DNA from: an uncultured Actinomycetes bacterium
GTDB taxonomy: Bacteria > Actinomycetota > UBA4738 > JBBDTT01
Direction: 5' to 3'
NCBI GenBank assembly: GCA_963742735.1
Contig: CAVUMN010000001.1
Coordinates: forward strand, 227,571-291,570
DNA length: 64,000 bases
Shown here: piece by piece, positions 19,698 to 29,650 of the stretch
Layout of the letters: every line of letters begins with the position of its first letter
Position numbering within the stretch: position 1 is the stretch's first letter
Program-made: the position numbers and the translations under genes
The notes under the pieces: model-generated
Told to the model about the DNA's origin: nothing
The model's input: the letters and a program-made list of their open reading frames with translations, nothing else
Databases searched by the model: none

Positions 19698-20500
19698 CGG
19701 TGGCCTCCAACGGCAAGCCCATGGTCGCCCTGGAACACGTCTGGAAGCGGTTCCGGCTGGGCGAGCGGCGGATGCGGGCACGCAAGAAGCAACGCACGCT
19801 CGGCGGACAGTTGGGCGTGGCCCTGGAGCGGGCCGGCCTGCGCAAGGGCGACGGGACCGCGTCGCGGGACCTGTGGGCCCTCGCGGACGTGTCGTTCCAG
19901 GTCGGCGAGGGCGAGGCCGTCGGGATCATCGGGCCCAACGGCTCGGGCAAGTCGACGACGCTCAAGCTCATCTCGCGCGTGACGAACCCGTGGTCGGGCC
20001 AGGTGCGGACCCGCGGCCGGATCGGCTCGCTGATCGAGATCAAGAGCGGGATCCACCCCGAGCTCACGGGCCGGGAGAACGTCTTTCTCTACGGGACGAT
20101 CCTCGGGCTCTCGCGCAGGGATATCCGGGCGAAGTTCGACGAGATCGTGGACTTCGCCGAGCTGGGCCGGTTCATCGACACCCCGGTCAAGCGCTACTCC
20201 AGCGGCATGGAGGTGCGCCTGGGCTTCAGCGTGGCCGTGCACCTGGAGCCCGACATCCTGCTGATCGACGAGGTCCTCGCCGTCGGCGACGAGTCGTTCC
20301 AGCGCCGGTGCCTGAAGCGGATGGACCAGCTCCGCAAGGACGGCCAGACGCTGGTCTTCGTCTCCCACGTCCTGGAGGACGTCCAGCGCCTGTGCCCGCG
20401 CATCGTCTACATCGACCGGGGGATGGTGAAGCACGACGGCCCCGCCCGTCAGGTCGTCAAGCAGTACCTGGCCGACGTCGACGCCAAGCAGTTCGCCTGA
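19694..20500 (+). CDS. ABC polysaccharide export ATPase (Wzt/TagH-like)
   Basis: GPNGSGKST, HPELTGREN, YSSGMEVRLGF and IDEVLAVGD motifs. Confidence 0.93.
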   Translation: MTVASNGKPMVALEHVWKRFRLGERRMRARKKQRTLGGQLGVALERAGLRKGDGTASRDLWALADVSFQVGEGEAVGIIGPNGSGKSTTLKLISRVTNPWSGQVRTRGRIGSLIEIKSGIHPELTGRENVFLYGTILGLSRRDIRAKFDEIVDFAELGRFIDTPVKRYSSGMEVRLGFSVAVHLEPDILLIDEVLAVGDESFQRRCLKRMDQLRKDGQTLVFVSHVLEDVQRLCPRIVYIDRGMVKHDGPARQVVKQYLADVDAKQFA

Positions 20501-20501
20501 C

Positions 20502-20951
20502 CTACTCCCCGATCTCTTCCTCGCAGGCCCCCGGCCCGAGGCGGCCGAGGAGCTCGTCGATGAGGCTCGAATATCTGCTGAGCGCCGCGTTCCCATCGGA
20601 CTCGGCTCGAAGCTCGGGAGCGGTGGCCCGGGCGTCCGCGGACATCCGGGTGACCAGGGCGGACGTCTCCTGGTCTCCGGCGTCCGCGTAGAGGCCCGCG
20701 TCGATGCCGAGCTCGTTGGCGAACTCGTCCATCGCGTCTCCGAGCTCCTTGCCGATATCCGCGGAGGAGACCAGGGGTCGCTGCGCGCGAGCGAAGTCGA
20801 GACAGGTCGAGTGACGGGCCTCCTCCGCGAGGTCGATCGACGGCGACGGTGATGCGGTCGTTGCCGGGGTGGTGGGAGGCGAATCCGAGGCCTCGCCACC
20901 ACACGCGGCCAGGCCGATCACGAGGGGAATCAGCACGCGGACGAGTCGCAT
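20502..20951 (-). CDS. Hypothetical lipoprotein
   Basis: GGAG RBS; lipobox LAAC; P/T/S-rich linker. Confidence 0.75.
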   Translation of the reverse strand: MRLVRVLIPLVIGLAACGGEASDSPPTTPATTASPSPSIDLAEEARHSTCLDFARAQRPLVSSADIGKELGDAMDEFANELGIDAGLYADAGDQETSALVTRMSADARATAPELRAESDGNAALSRYSSLIDELLGRLGPGACEEEIGE

Positions 20952-20990
20952 GGGCTTCTCCTTTGGTCGCTGCTCGTGGAGCCTACCGTG

Positions 20991-21824
20991 TCAGGCCGGC
21001 CGCCCGGGGCGGAGGGCGCGGGCCAGGTGCCACAGGAGCTTCGGATCTCGCTTGAGCCGGTACGAACGGCGAAACGCGCGACGGGCGAGCTTGCTGTCGC
21101 CGGCATCGAGCGCGGTCAGCCCCAGGCGCATCTGCTGGAAGGCCTCGGCTCGCGGGTGCTCGTCGAAGTACTCGCGGTAGAGCTCCAGCAGGAGCTTGCG
21201 CCCCTCCACCCGGTCGTGGGCGCCGGTCCGGTGGCGGGGGCCGGCGTGTCGGCGCACGAGGTACCCCACCCGCGGCACCGAGGCCACCGCCGCGCGGGTG
21301 GCCAGCCGCAGCCACCACTCGGCGTCCTCCAGCGCGTTGAAGCGCTCGTCGAACGCCGGAGCGATCGAGCGCCGGACCGCGGTGCGCCCCACGTGCGGGG
21401 CCATGTGGTCGAGGATCACGTCGCGCACGTCTCCCTCGAGCGACGGCTTCGCCCTCGGGTCGGGGGCGTCCAGGTACCGGTTCCAGCACACCGAGACGTC
21501 GGCGCGGCCCAGGCCCTCCAGCGCGATCTCGAGCCGGTCGGGGGTCATCACGTCGTCGTCGTCGCAGAACACGAGGTACTCGCCCCGGGCCTGGTCGATC
21601 CCCGTGTTGCGCGCGGCCGCCGGGCCCCCGTTGACATCGCGGCGCACCAGCCGGACGCGGGGATCGTCGCCGGGCCCCACGAGCTCCTCCGGGCCGGCGT
21701 CGTCCACGACCACGACCTCGAGGTCGTCCACCGTCTGGGCGAGCGCCGAATCCACGGCCTCCGAGAGGTACTGCGGGCGCCCGTATGTCGGGATGATCAC
21801 GCTGAATCGCGGGTCCTTCGCCAC
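20991..21824 (-). CDS. Glycosyltransferase family 2
   Basis: FSVIIPTY, VVDDAG, GPAAARNTG, FCDDDD and ED motifs. Confidence 0.92.
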   Translation of the reverse strand: MAKDPRFSVIIPTYGRPQYLSEAVDSALAQTVDDLEVVVVDDAGPEELVGPGDDPRVRLVRRDVNGGPAAARNTGIDQARGEYLVFCDDDDVMTPDRLEIALEGLGRADVSVCWNRYLDAPDPRAKPSLEGDVRDVILDHMAPHVGRTAVRRSIAPAFDERFNALEDAEWWLRLATRAAVASVPRVGYLVRRHAGPRHRTGAHDRVEGRKLLLELYREYFDEHPRAEAFQQMRLGLTALDAGDSKLARRAFRRSYRLKRDPKLLWHLARALRPGRPA

Positions 21825-21934
21825 GGCCGGATAGTACGGGGGGTTCGGGGGGGTAGCCCGCCCTCAGTTCGATACGGTCCGTTCCGGCCGGCGGGCGGAC
21901 CCCCCGAGATAGGTGCCTGGTAGATTCGGCCGCC

Positions 21935-23086
21935 GTGGCCACGCGCATCCTGTACCTGATCGACGGCCTGGCGATGGGCGGTGCGGAACGCGGACTGGTC
22001 CTCACCCTCCGCCACCTGGACCGCGCCCGGTTCGAGCCCGAGGTGGCCTTCCTGTGGCCGCCGGCGCCGCTTCGCGTGGAGATCGAATCCCTGGGGATCC
22101 CCGTCTTCGAGATCGGCGCCAAGCGCGGGCCCCGGGCGCTGCTGGCCGTGCCGAAGGTCGCCCGCCTGCTTCGCGGCCGGCGCTTCGACGCGGTGCACAC
22201 GGCGGTCGTGTGGGCCTCCATCGTCGGCCGGCTCGCGGGACGGCGAGCCGGCGTGAAGGTCATCAGCCAGATCGCGAACGTGGACCCGATGGGGTTCATG
22301 GAACGCGAGCTCTCCGGCGCCACGGCCCGCAAGGCCCGGCTGGTGTCGCGGCTGGACGAGTGGACCGGCCGCCGACTGGTCGATCGCTTCGTGGCGATCT
22401 CTGAGGCGGTGAGGGCGAACCCGATCCGAGGAGCCTCCTGGGATCGTTCCCGGATCGACGTCGTCCTGCGCGGCCAGGACCTGGCCACGCTCCGGGCCGA
22501 GGGAGCGGCGGAGCCGGACCCGCCCATCCAGGATCCCGGCGAGCCGTCGATCGTGTGCGTGGCCCGGCTCTCGCCGCAGAAGGGCCACCGCCACGTGATC
22601 CAGGCGATGCGAACCGTCCTCGGCGAGTTCCCCCGGGCCCGCCTGCTCCTGTGCGGGGACGGCACCCTCCGGCCGCAGCTGGAGCGGCTGGCCGGTCCCC
22701 TCGGCGACCGGGTGGCGTTCCTGGGCGTGCGGCTGGACGCCCGGGCGATCATGGCGCGGGCCGACGTGTTCGCGTTCCCCTCGCTGTGGGAGGGGCAGGG
22801 CAACGCGTTGCTCGAGGCGATGGCGGTCGGCGCCCCGATCGTCGCGACGCGCATCCCGGCCGTCGAGGAGACGCTCGCCGATGGGCAGGACGCGGTCCTG
22901 GTCGCGCCCGGCGAGGCCGCCGCGTTCGCCGAGGGCATCCTGCGGGTGCTCCGCGACCCCGCCGCCGCCCGGGCGATGGGGGCGCGCGCCGCGACCGCGG
23001 CGGAGCGCTACGACATCGCCGCCACGACGCGGGAGCTGGAGGCCGTCTACGCTCGGGTCCTGGACCCCGACCCGAAGGCGTCATGA
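21935..23086 (+). CDS. Glycosyltransferase family 4
   Basis: GGAER, ARLSPQKG and FPSLWEGQGNALLEAMA motifs. Confidence 0.92.
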   Translation: MATRILYLIDGLAMGGAERGLVLTLRHLDRARFEPEVAFLWPPAPLRVEIESLGIPVFEIGAKRGPRALLAVPKVARLLRGRRFDAVHTAVVWASIVGRLAGRRAGVKVISQIANVDPMGFMERELSGATARKARLVSRLDEWTGRRLVDRFVAISEAVRANPIRGASWDRSRIDVVLRGQDLATLRAEGAAEPDPPIQDPGEPSIVCVARLSPQKGHRHVIQAMRTVLGEFPRARLLLCGDGTLRPQLERLAGPLGDRVAFLGVRLDARAIMARADVFAFPSLWEGQGNALLEAMAVGAPIVATRIPAVEETLADGQDAVLVAPGEAAAFAEGILRVLRDPAAARAMGARAATAAERYDIAATTRELEAVYARVLDPDPKAS

Positions 23087-23748
23087 CCGTCGAGCCCAAG
23101 CCCAGCGAGCGCCGCGAGACCTGGGAGGCGCGCTGGCAGGAGCAGCGCGCCGACGAGTTCGCGTGGCACCTCACCCAGGCGCCGCCCGAGCTCGTCGAGC
23201 TCCTGGAGCGGACGACCCTGCCGGCCGGTGGCGCGCTGGACGTCGGCTGCGGCAACGGCGTCGCTACCGCCTATCTGGCGACCCGATTCCCCGTGACGGT
23301 GGGCGTGGACATCGCCCTCGCGGCGGTGGCGGAGGCCCGCCGCAACGCGCCGGACGCCCGCTTCGGCGTCGCCGACGCGTCGGTCCTGCCCTTCGCCGAC
23401 GGCTCGATGGCCTTCGTGTTCGATCGGGGCTGCCTGCAGAACCTCCCCCGTGACCGGTGGCCCGCCTACTGGACCGAGGTCGAACGGGTGCTCGCCCCGG
23501 GCGGCGTCCTCCAGCTGTTCTGCTCGAAGGCGGCCCGCGCGTTCCCTCCGCTGCTCTCGGTCAAGGGGTTGAAGGCCCGTGCCAAGTGGCTGCTCGGGCG
23601 TCGCGCCGGCCCCCAGTTCCTGACCGCGGACCTGATCCGCGGGCTCACCCCGGACGGACTTCTGACGGAGTCGCTCGAGGAGCGCCCCTACCGGACCACG
23701 CGGGGCGGCCTGCGCGAGGCGATCTTCGGGGTGTTCCGCCGGGCGTGA
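23083..23748 (+). CDS. Class I SAM-dependent methyltransferase
   Basis: ATG overlaps the GT4 stop; LDVGCGNG, VGVDI and FDRGCL motifs. Confidence 0.87.
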   Translation: MTVEPKPSERRETWEARWQEQRADEFAWHLTQAPPELVELLERTTLPAGGALDVGCGNGVATAYLATRFPVTVGVDIALAAVAEARRNAPDARFGVADASVLPFADGSMAFVFDRGCLQNLPRDRWPAYWTEVERVLAPGGVLQLFCSKAARAFPPLLSVKGLKARAKWLLGRRAGPQFLTADLIRGLTPDGLLTESLEERPYRTTRGGLREAIFGVFRRA

Positions 23749-23751
23749 GCG

Positions 23752-24615
23752 CTACTCGACGGGGGTCCCGGTCTCGGTCAGCTTCAGCGGGCCCATGAAC
23801 GACTCGGCGATGTACCAGTCGTCCTCGAAGGTGTACATCGGCACCAGCGTGGAGGTCGCGCCGCCCACCTTCTGCGCCGTCCGGTCGGCGTGGGCCCACG
23901 GCTGGGCGCTGCGGAGCTCGATCTCGACGTAGTCCACCAGGCGATCGGACGCGTCGTAGACCCACATCCGCTGCACGGCCGGAGCTCCGTTGGTCAGCTC
24001 GACGATCGTCGTGAACCATTCGTCCACGGGGATCGGGTCACGCGTGCGGCCGACGTCCTTCTCCCGGTAGAGCGCCAGCCCGAGCCGCCGGTCGGGGAAC
24101 AGGCGGACCTCGACGGGATACCCCGGCCGCCCGGGATCCCCGTCGGTGGGCGAGAGCTGGAGGAGCTCCAGGTAGCCGCGGTCCGAGGGGATCGCTCCCT
24201 CGGGGATCTCCGGGACGCGGTGCGCGACGCTGATGAACGCGTGGCCGCCGGGCAGCGGAACCTCGCGGATCACGCCCATGTGCGAGTGCGACTGCCGGCC
24301 GATCCGCAGGCATCCGGGCCCGGTGCGACAGTCGAACTCGCCGGTCTCCAGGTCGTCTCCCTCGTAGCCGAACTCACACCCCGGCCCCGGGTGCTGATAG
24401 CGCCCGCAGATCGGCCGCTCGAAGCTCGACGCCAGGAGCATCGGCCCGGGAGCGATCGCGGGGGCCGGCGGAACGGACCCCACGACCTGGGGCGACCGGG
24501 TCTGCCGTGGACTCCGGGGTCCTTCGGGCGTCCTGGGCCCGGCCCCGCCGCACGCGCCGAGGAGCACCGCGAGGGCGGCGAGGATCGGGAGCGCGCGCGT
24601 TCGCTGCATCGGCAT
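23752..24615 (-). CDS. Hypothetical lipoprotein with a beta-rich domain and four further Cys
   Basis: Lipobox LGAC; Pro-rich linker. Confidence 0.7.
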   Translation of the reverse strand: MPMQRTRALPILAALAVLLGACGGAGPRTPEGPRSPRQTRSPQVVGSVPPAPAIAPGPMLLASSFERPICGRYQHPGPGCEFGYEGDDLETGEFDCRTGPGCLRIGRQSHSHMGVIREVPLPGGHAFISVAHRVPEIPEGAIPSDRGYLELLQLSPTDGDPGRPGYPVEVRLFPDRRLGLALYREKDVGRTRDPIPVDEWFTTIVELTNGAPAVQRMWVYDASDRLVDYVEIELRSAQPWAHADRTAQKVGGATSTLVPMYTFEDDWYIAESFMGPLKLTETGTPVE

Positions 24616-24655
24616 GTCGAGGGGAGGTTCGTCGAACCGTCGGACGCGGTTCGAG

Positions 24656-27511
24656 CTACTCAGAGTACCGGACGGCCTCGGCCGGGGGCAGCCGGGACGC
24701 CCGCCACGCCGGGCCGAGCGTCACGATCAGCACCGAGACGAGCACCAGGGCGAGGGCCCCTCCCAGGTTCGCCCAGTCCACGCCGAACCCCGGCTGGGAG
24801 TCCTGCTGCCGGTAGAACAGAAACCCCATCATGATCCCGACCGAGACGCCGACCAGCGCGCCGATCGACACCGTGAGCCCGGCCTCCGCGATGAGGCCGG
24901 CCATGACCGAGCGCTTGCGGTACCCGAGCGCCCGCAGAACGCCGATGGCCTGGCGGCGCTCCGTGATCACCCGGAGGGCCACGATCCCCAGCGACAGGAC
25001 GCCGATCACCAGGCCCATGCGCATCAGGATGTCGATCGTCGAGAAGAACGCCCGGTTGGCCCGGTCCGCGTCGTCGGCGAGCTTGCGGATCGAGTCGGCC
25101 TCGACCCCCTGCTCGAACAGCGCGGACTCGATCTTGCGGGCCAGCGCGAGCCCGTCCACCCCCGGCTTCGCGTCGACGAGCATCGAGGACCCCTCGGGCG
25201 CCGACGCGAACTGGCCGGCGGTCCTCGAGGACACGTACATCCCGTCGAGCAGGCCGAACGCCGGGGTGGCGACGATCTCCATCTCGACCGGACCCCGGTC
25301 GCCCTGCAGGCGGACGGTCTGCCCGGGGTTGCCGAAGGGCGTGATGATCCGGTTGCGACCCTCGACGACGGCCGCCCACGCCGCCGCGTCACTCGGGTAC
25401 TCGTCGTCCCGCAGGTCCAGGCGCACCGGTGGTTCCCGCGTCGCGAGCTCCCCCACCACGAACAGGGGGATCAGCGTGCGCTCCGAATCGCCGAAGCCGG
25501 CCTCGCCCTTGAACGGGCCGACGTAGCCGACCGTCCGCAGCTCCAGCGAGCGTTCCACGTCGCGCAGGAGCGGCGTGGGCAGGTCGATGTTCGAGGAGCC
25601 CGTGGACAGCACCCGGACGTCGTAGCCGTTCGAGAACCGTGCGTATTCGGGCTGGAACACCACGAAGAACACCGAGAACAGGGCCAGCATCGCCAGGATC
25701 ACCGCGAACACGCCGGTGGTGAGGCCCGTGCGGACCGGACGCCGGGCCAGGTACGCCAGCGGCGGACGCAGGATCGCCTTGCGGGTCCGTCCCAGGATCC
25801 CCGCGAAGCGCTCGGCCACCCGTAGGTGGGCCGAGGCCAGGATGGTCAGGCCGAACACCGAGGCCAGCATCGCCATCACGAAGACCCCGAAGAACTGCGC
25901 GGGGTCCTCGTCGGGGGGGATCCCGGACACCTGGAAGAAGGACCAGCCCGCCAGGGCCAGTCCGGTCAGCGTGGCGTGGGTGCGCTGCCCGAGCCGCCCC
26001 CGGGCCACCGACGACGCCAGCAGGATCAGCGCCAGCCCGCCGGCCATCCGGGCCGGCCCCGAACCGGAGAGCACCCCGCCCACCCCGACCACGGCCAGGG
26101 CGGCCAGGCGGAGCAGAGCCGGCCACCGCCGGCGGGCGCGTTCCGGGTGCCCCTCGGGCAGGTTGCGGATCGCCGAGGTGATCGTCAGGCGCGAGGTCCG
26201 CCTGGACGCGAGCCAGACGACCAGGAGCGTGAGCAGCGTGCCCACCGTGAAGCCGGTGAGGAGCGTCCCGGGGTTCAGCACGAAGTGGAACTGGAAGTCG
26301 AAGTCGTCCCCGGCGAACTGGGCGAACGCGGAGCCGAACCGCTCGGCGATGAGCCGGCCGGCGAGCAGGCCGACGCCCACCCCCACCACGCCGGCGGCCA
26401 GGCTGTAGATCGCCCCTTCGATCAGCGAGAGCGAGACCAGGCGCTTGCGGCGCAGGCCCAGGGCGCGGAGCACGCCGAGCCGCGAGCGGCGCTCCTCGGC
26501 GAGCATGCCGATCAGGTTCACGATGAGCGCCGAGCCGGCGGCCACCACCAGCGCGCTCATCCCCACGAGCATCGCCCGGATGAACTCGCTGGCCGTCTCC
26601 GCGTTCTCGACCTCCTGGAGCTTGGCCTGCGAGACCTGGAACTCCGGCGGCTCATCTCCCGCGATCACCAGCTCGAGGGCCGCCACTTCGACCGCCCGCT
26701 CGAGGGGTCCCTCCGCGGCGAGCGCGGCGGCGCTGGTGTCGCGGATGCCTCCCGGCACCGAGACCCGCACGACGTTGATCTGGCCCGAACCCACGACGGA
26801 GGCCGCGGTTCGGTTCGGCGCGAAGACGACGGCGCCGAGCGTGAACGAGCCGGGCGGTTCGGCCAGCGCGATGCCCGCGACCCGCAGCGACCTGACCGGC
26901 AGGGACACGGCCGGGCCGGCGGACTCCAGCGAGAACGTCAGCCGGTCCCCCACCCGGGCGCCGAGCTTGTCGGCCAGGAGCCGGCTGATCACCACTTCGC
27001 CCGGAGCCAGGTCCTCGCCGGTGGTCGCCCCGCCCCCCGCCAGCCGGTAGGTCCCGAAGGGAGCCTGCTGCTTCGGGTCGAAGCCGACCAGCACCACGCC
27101 CGAGGTCCCCTGACGCCGGTCGAGGTCCGAGACCGAGCCGAACAGCTCCACGCCTCCCGCCACGCCGTCCGTCACCGCCTGCACGCCGGGATCGGTCGCC
27201 AGCTGCGTGGCGATGGACCGCGGAAAGAACCCGTTGTCGGACCGGCGCACGGTCAGGTCGACGTAGCCCCAGTTGCGGTAGGCGAACGATTCCACCGAGG
27301 AGTCCGCTACGGAGTCGGCTCCGACCAACGCGGCGGTGATCGTGGCCGTCCCGACCATGAGCCCCGCGATGACCAAGAGCGTCTGGCCGCGCCGCCGGAC
27401 CGCCTCTCGTGCCGCGAGCCGGGTCAGCAACGGGCGGCGGATCGCCAGGATCCCGATCCCGCCGAACACGAGCAGGAACAGGACGAGCGGGACGCCGAGG
27501 CCCGGGCTCAC
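24656..27511 (-). CDS. FtsX/MacB-like ABC transporter permease with duplicated domains
   Basis: GTG overlaps the ATPase stop; EERRSRLGVLRALG and ERRQAIGVLRALG motifs; ends PAEAVRYSE. Confidence 0.9.
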   Translation of the reverse strand: MSPGLGVPLVLFLLVFGGIGILAIRRPLLTRLAAREAVRRRGQTLLVIAGLMVGTATITAALVGADSVADSSVESFAYRNWGYVDLTVRRSDNGFFPRSIATQLATDPGVQAVTDGVAGGVELFGSVSDLDRRQGTSGVVLVGFDPKQQAPFGTYRLAGGGATTGEDLAPGEVVISRLLADKLGARVGDRLTFSLESAGPAVSLPVRSLRVAGIALAEPPGSFTLGAVVFAPNRTAASVVGSGQINVVRVSVPGGIRDTSAAALAAEGPLERAVEVAALELVIAGDEPPEFQVSQAKLQEVENAETASEFIRAMLVGMSALVVAAGSALIVNLIGMLAEERRSRLGVLRALGLRRKRLVSLSLIEGAIYSLAAGVVGVGVGLLAGRLIAERFGSAFAQFAGDDFDFQFHFVLNPGTLLTGFTVGTLLTLLVVWLASRRTSRLTITSAIRNLPEGHPERARRRWPALLRLAALAVVGVGGVLSGSGPARMAGGLALILLASSVARGRLGQRTHATLTGLALAGWSFFQVSGIPPDEDPAQFFGVFVMAMLASVFGLTILASAHLRVAERFAGILGRTRKAILRPPLAYLARRPVRTGLTTGVFAVILAMLALFSVFFVVFQPEYARFSNGYDVRVLSTGSSNIDLPTPLLRDVERSLELRTVGYVGPFKGEAGFGDSERTLIPLFVVGELATREPPVRLDLRDDEYPSDAAAWAAVVEGRNRIITPFGNPGQTVRLQGDRGPVEMEIVATPAFGLLDGMYVSSRTAGQFASAPEGSSMLVDAKPGVDGLALARKIESALFEQGVEADSIRKLADDADRANRAFFSTIDILMRMGLVIGVLSLGIVALRVITERRQAIGVLRALGYRKRSVMAGLIAEAGLTVSIGALVGVSVGIMMGFLFYRQQDSQPGFGVDWANLGGALALVLVSVLIVTLGPAWRASRLPPAEAVRYSE

Positions 27512-28233
27512 GGGCGGGCGGTGACCTTGCGCTTGGGCGCCCGCCGGCGTGCGGAGGCCTTGCCGTTCTCGATGACACCGTCGCGCATCCGGATGGTCCG
27601 GGCCGCGAACGACGAGACGCGCTCGTCGTGGGTGACCATCACGATGGTCTGGCCGCCGTCGTTGAGCTCCTTGAACAGCGCCATCACCGACTCGGTCGAC
27701 TCCGAGTCCAGGTTGCCCGTCGGCTCGTCCGCCCACACGACGGCCGGCTCGTGCACCAGCGCCCGGGCGAGGGCCACCCGCTGCTGCTCGCCCCCCGAGA
27801 GCTCCTCGGGCCGGTGATTCGCGCGCTCGCCCAGCCCGATGCGCTCGAGCATGTCGACCGCCCGCGCGCGAGACTCCTTCGCCCGCTCGCCCAGCAGGAG
27901 CAGGGGAATCTCCACGTTCTCCGCCGCGGTGAGCACCGGGAGGAGGTTGAACGCCTGGAACACGAACCCCATCGATCGCGCCCGATAGTCGGTCCGGACG
28001 TCGTCGGACATCTCGGCCATCGACCGGCCGTCCACCAGCACGTCGCCGCCGTCGATCTGCTCCAGCCCCGACAGGCAGTTCAGCAGCGTGGTCTTGCCGC
28101 ATCCCGACGGCCCCATGATCGCCGCCATCTCGCCGCGAGCCACGGCCAGGTCGACGCCCTTCAGGGCCTCAACCTCGGCGCCGTTCCGGTACACCTTGCG
28201 CAGCGCCCGCGCCTCCACGATCAGATCCGCCAT
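27508..28233 (-). CDS. ABC transporter ATP-binding protein (LolD/MacB-like)
   Basis: GPSGCGKTT, LSGGEQQR, ADEPTGNLD and VTHD motifs. Confidence 0.94.
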   Translation of the reverse strand: MADLIVEARALRKVYRNGAEVEALKGVDLAVARGEMAAIMGPSGCGKTTLLNCLSGLEQIDGGDVLVDGRSMAEMSDDVRTDYRARSMGFVFQAFNLLPVLTAAENVEIPLLLLGERAKESRARAVDMLERIGLGERANHRPEELSGGEQQRVALARALVHEPAVVWADEPTGNLDSESTESVMALFKELNDGGQTIVMVTHDERVSSFAARTIRMRDGVIENGKASARRRAPKRKVTARP

Positions 28234-28330
28234 CGACTCTCCTTCGGTGCCACCGGGGCGACCCAGCCTACGGGACGAATCCGGCATCGCGGGCGGCGAC
28301 CCGGGTGGTTCTCGAAATGGTCCCGACGGG

Positions 28331-29050
28331 CTAGGCGGTCTTCGAGGACGCCTCGGCCGTGGTGCGCTCGCGGGTGTCCCGCTCGGCCTTCAGCTGGTCC
28401 TTGACCTTGGAGGCGTACTCGTCCACGTACTCCTGCCCGGTCAGCATCATGATCTCGTAGAGGATCTCGTCGGTCACCGAACGCAGCACGAACCGGTCGG
28501 CCGGGCGGTCGTAATACCGCTCGAAGGTGAGGGGCTTGCCGAACTGGACGGTGACGTCCGCGCCCAGGTGCGGCCGCTTGGAGTCGAGAGGCATGACCTT
28601 CTCGGTGCCGAAGACGGCCACGGGGATGACCGGTACCCGGGCCTCGAGGGCCATGCGGGCCACGCCGGTCTTGCCGCGGTAGAGCCGCCCGTCGGGGCTG
28701 CGGGTCCCCTCCGGATAGATCCCCACCACGAGCCCCTGCTTCAGCGCGCGGATGCCGGCGAGCAGCGCCGCCTCGCTGGCCGAGCCGCCCTCCCGTCGCA
28801 CCGGGATCACGTTCGCGGCCTTGAAGAACCAGGCCATGTACCACTTGTCGAAGTAATCCGCCTTGCCCAGGTACACCACCCGGCGCGGCGTCACCAGCGG
28901 GACGAACAGGCTGTCCACGAACGACAGGTGGTTGATCGCCAGGATGAAGGGGCCGTTCTTGGGCAGGTTCTCAAGCCCCTTTGCCTTCGGCCGCCACAGC
29001 ACCTTGAGCAACGGGCCGAGGAAGATGTGCTTCAACAGCCAGTACATCAT
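28331..29050 (-). CDS. 1-acyl-sn-glycerol-3-phosphate acyltransferase (PlsC family)
   Basis: NHLSFVD and YPEGTRSPDGRLYRGKTG motifs. Confidence 0.92.
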   Translation of the reverse strand: MMYWLLKHIFLGPLLKVLWRPKAKGLENLPKNGPFILAINHLSFVDSLFVPLVTPRRVVYLGKADYFDKWYMAWFFKAANVIPVRREGGSASEAALLAGIRALKQGLVVGIYPEGTRSPDGRLYRGKTGVARMALEARVPVIPVAVFGTEKVMPLDSKRPHLGADVTVQFGKPLTFERYYDRPADRFVLRSVTDEILYEIMMLTGQEYVDEYASKVKDQLKAERDTRERTTAEASSKTA

Positions 29051-29114
29051 GTGGCCTCACCCCAACCGTGGTTCGGCTCCGAACCACGAACACCCCGCGT
29101 ATACACTAGACGAC

Positions 29115-29237
29115 GTGCTCGGCTACGGCATCCTGGAGTGGACCTTCCTGGTGATCCTGGTGATCCTCGTCGGTCTGGCGGGCGTCTTCGGCCTGTTCAT
29201 GGTCCTTCAGCTGTTCCGGAATCCGGCGCGCAGGTAA
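29115..29237 (+). CDS. Small single-pass membrane protein, 40 aa, probably leaderless
   Basis: MLGYGILEWTFLVILVILVGLAGVFGLFMVLQLFRNPARR; TACACT 7 nt before the GTG; GC3-rich codons. Confidence 0.65.
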   Translation: MLGYGILEWTFLVILVILVGLAGVFGLFMVLQLFRNPARR

Positions 29238-29248
29238 GGAGGCCGGAG

Positions 29249-29650
29249 GTGGCGAAAGGTGACCGGGTGGTCGAACCCGACGGCAGCAAGAAGACCGTTC
29301 TCCTGGTCGAGGACGACGACGCCGTGCGCAAGCTCGTGCGGATCTCCCTCGAGCTGTCCGACTACGAGGTGGTCGAGGCGAAGGACGGCCTCGAGGGCCT
29401 CCTGATGCTCGACATGCACCACCCCGACGCCGTCATCCTCGACCTGATGATGCCCGACGTCGGCGGGGAGCGGATGCTCACCCAGCTCCGGGCCACCCCG
29501 GAGACCCGGCAGGTCCCCGTGGTGATCATCACGGGCAAGCCCGAGGTAGCCCCCGAGGTCATCGGCCTGGTCGGCGAGGACAACTTCTTCTCGAAGCCCT
29601 TCGACACCGACCAGCTCATCGCCCGCGTCCAGGCCGTCACGGGTTCGTGA
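29249..29650 (+). CDS. Stand-alone response regulator receiver
   Basis: VLLVEDD, DLMMP phosphoacceptor, ITG and SKPF motifs; AGGAGG upstream. Confidence 0.9.
   Translation: MAKGDRVVEPDGSKKTVLLVEDDDAVRKLVRISLELSDYEVVEAKDGLEGLLMLDMHHPDAVILDLMMPDVGGERMLTQLRATPETRQVPVVIITGKPEVAPEVIGLVGEDNFFSKPFDTDQLIARVQAVTGS

Noticed and set aside
24656-28102. 1148-aa permease and 1039-aa ligase (51040-54159) as called in the ORF track
   Set aside because: The N-terminal extensions are off-frame read-through of neighbouring genes; the real starts are at 27511 and 52977.
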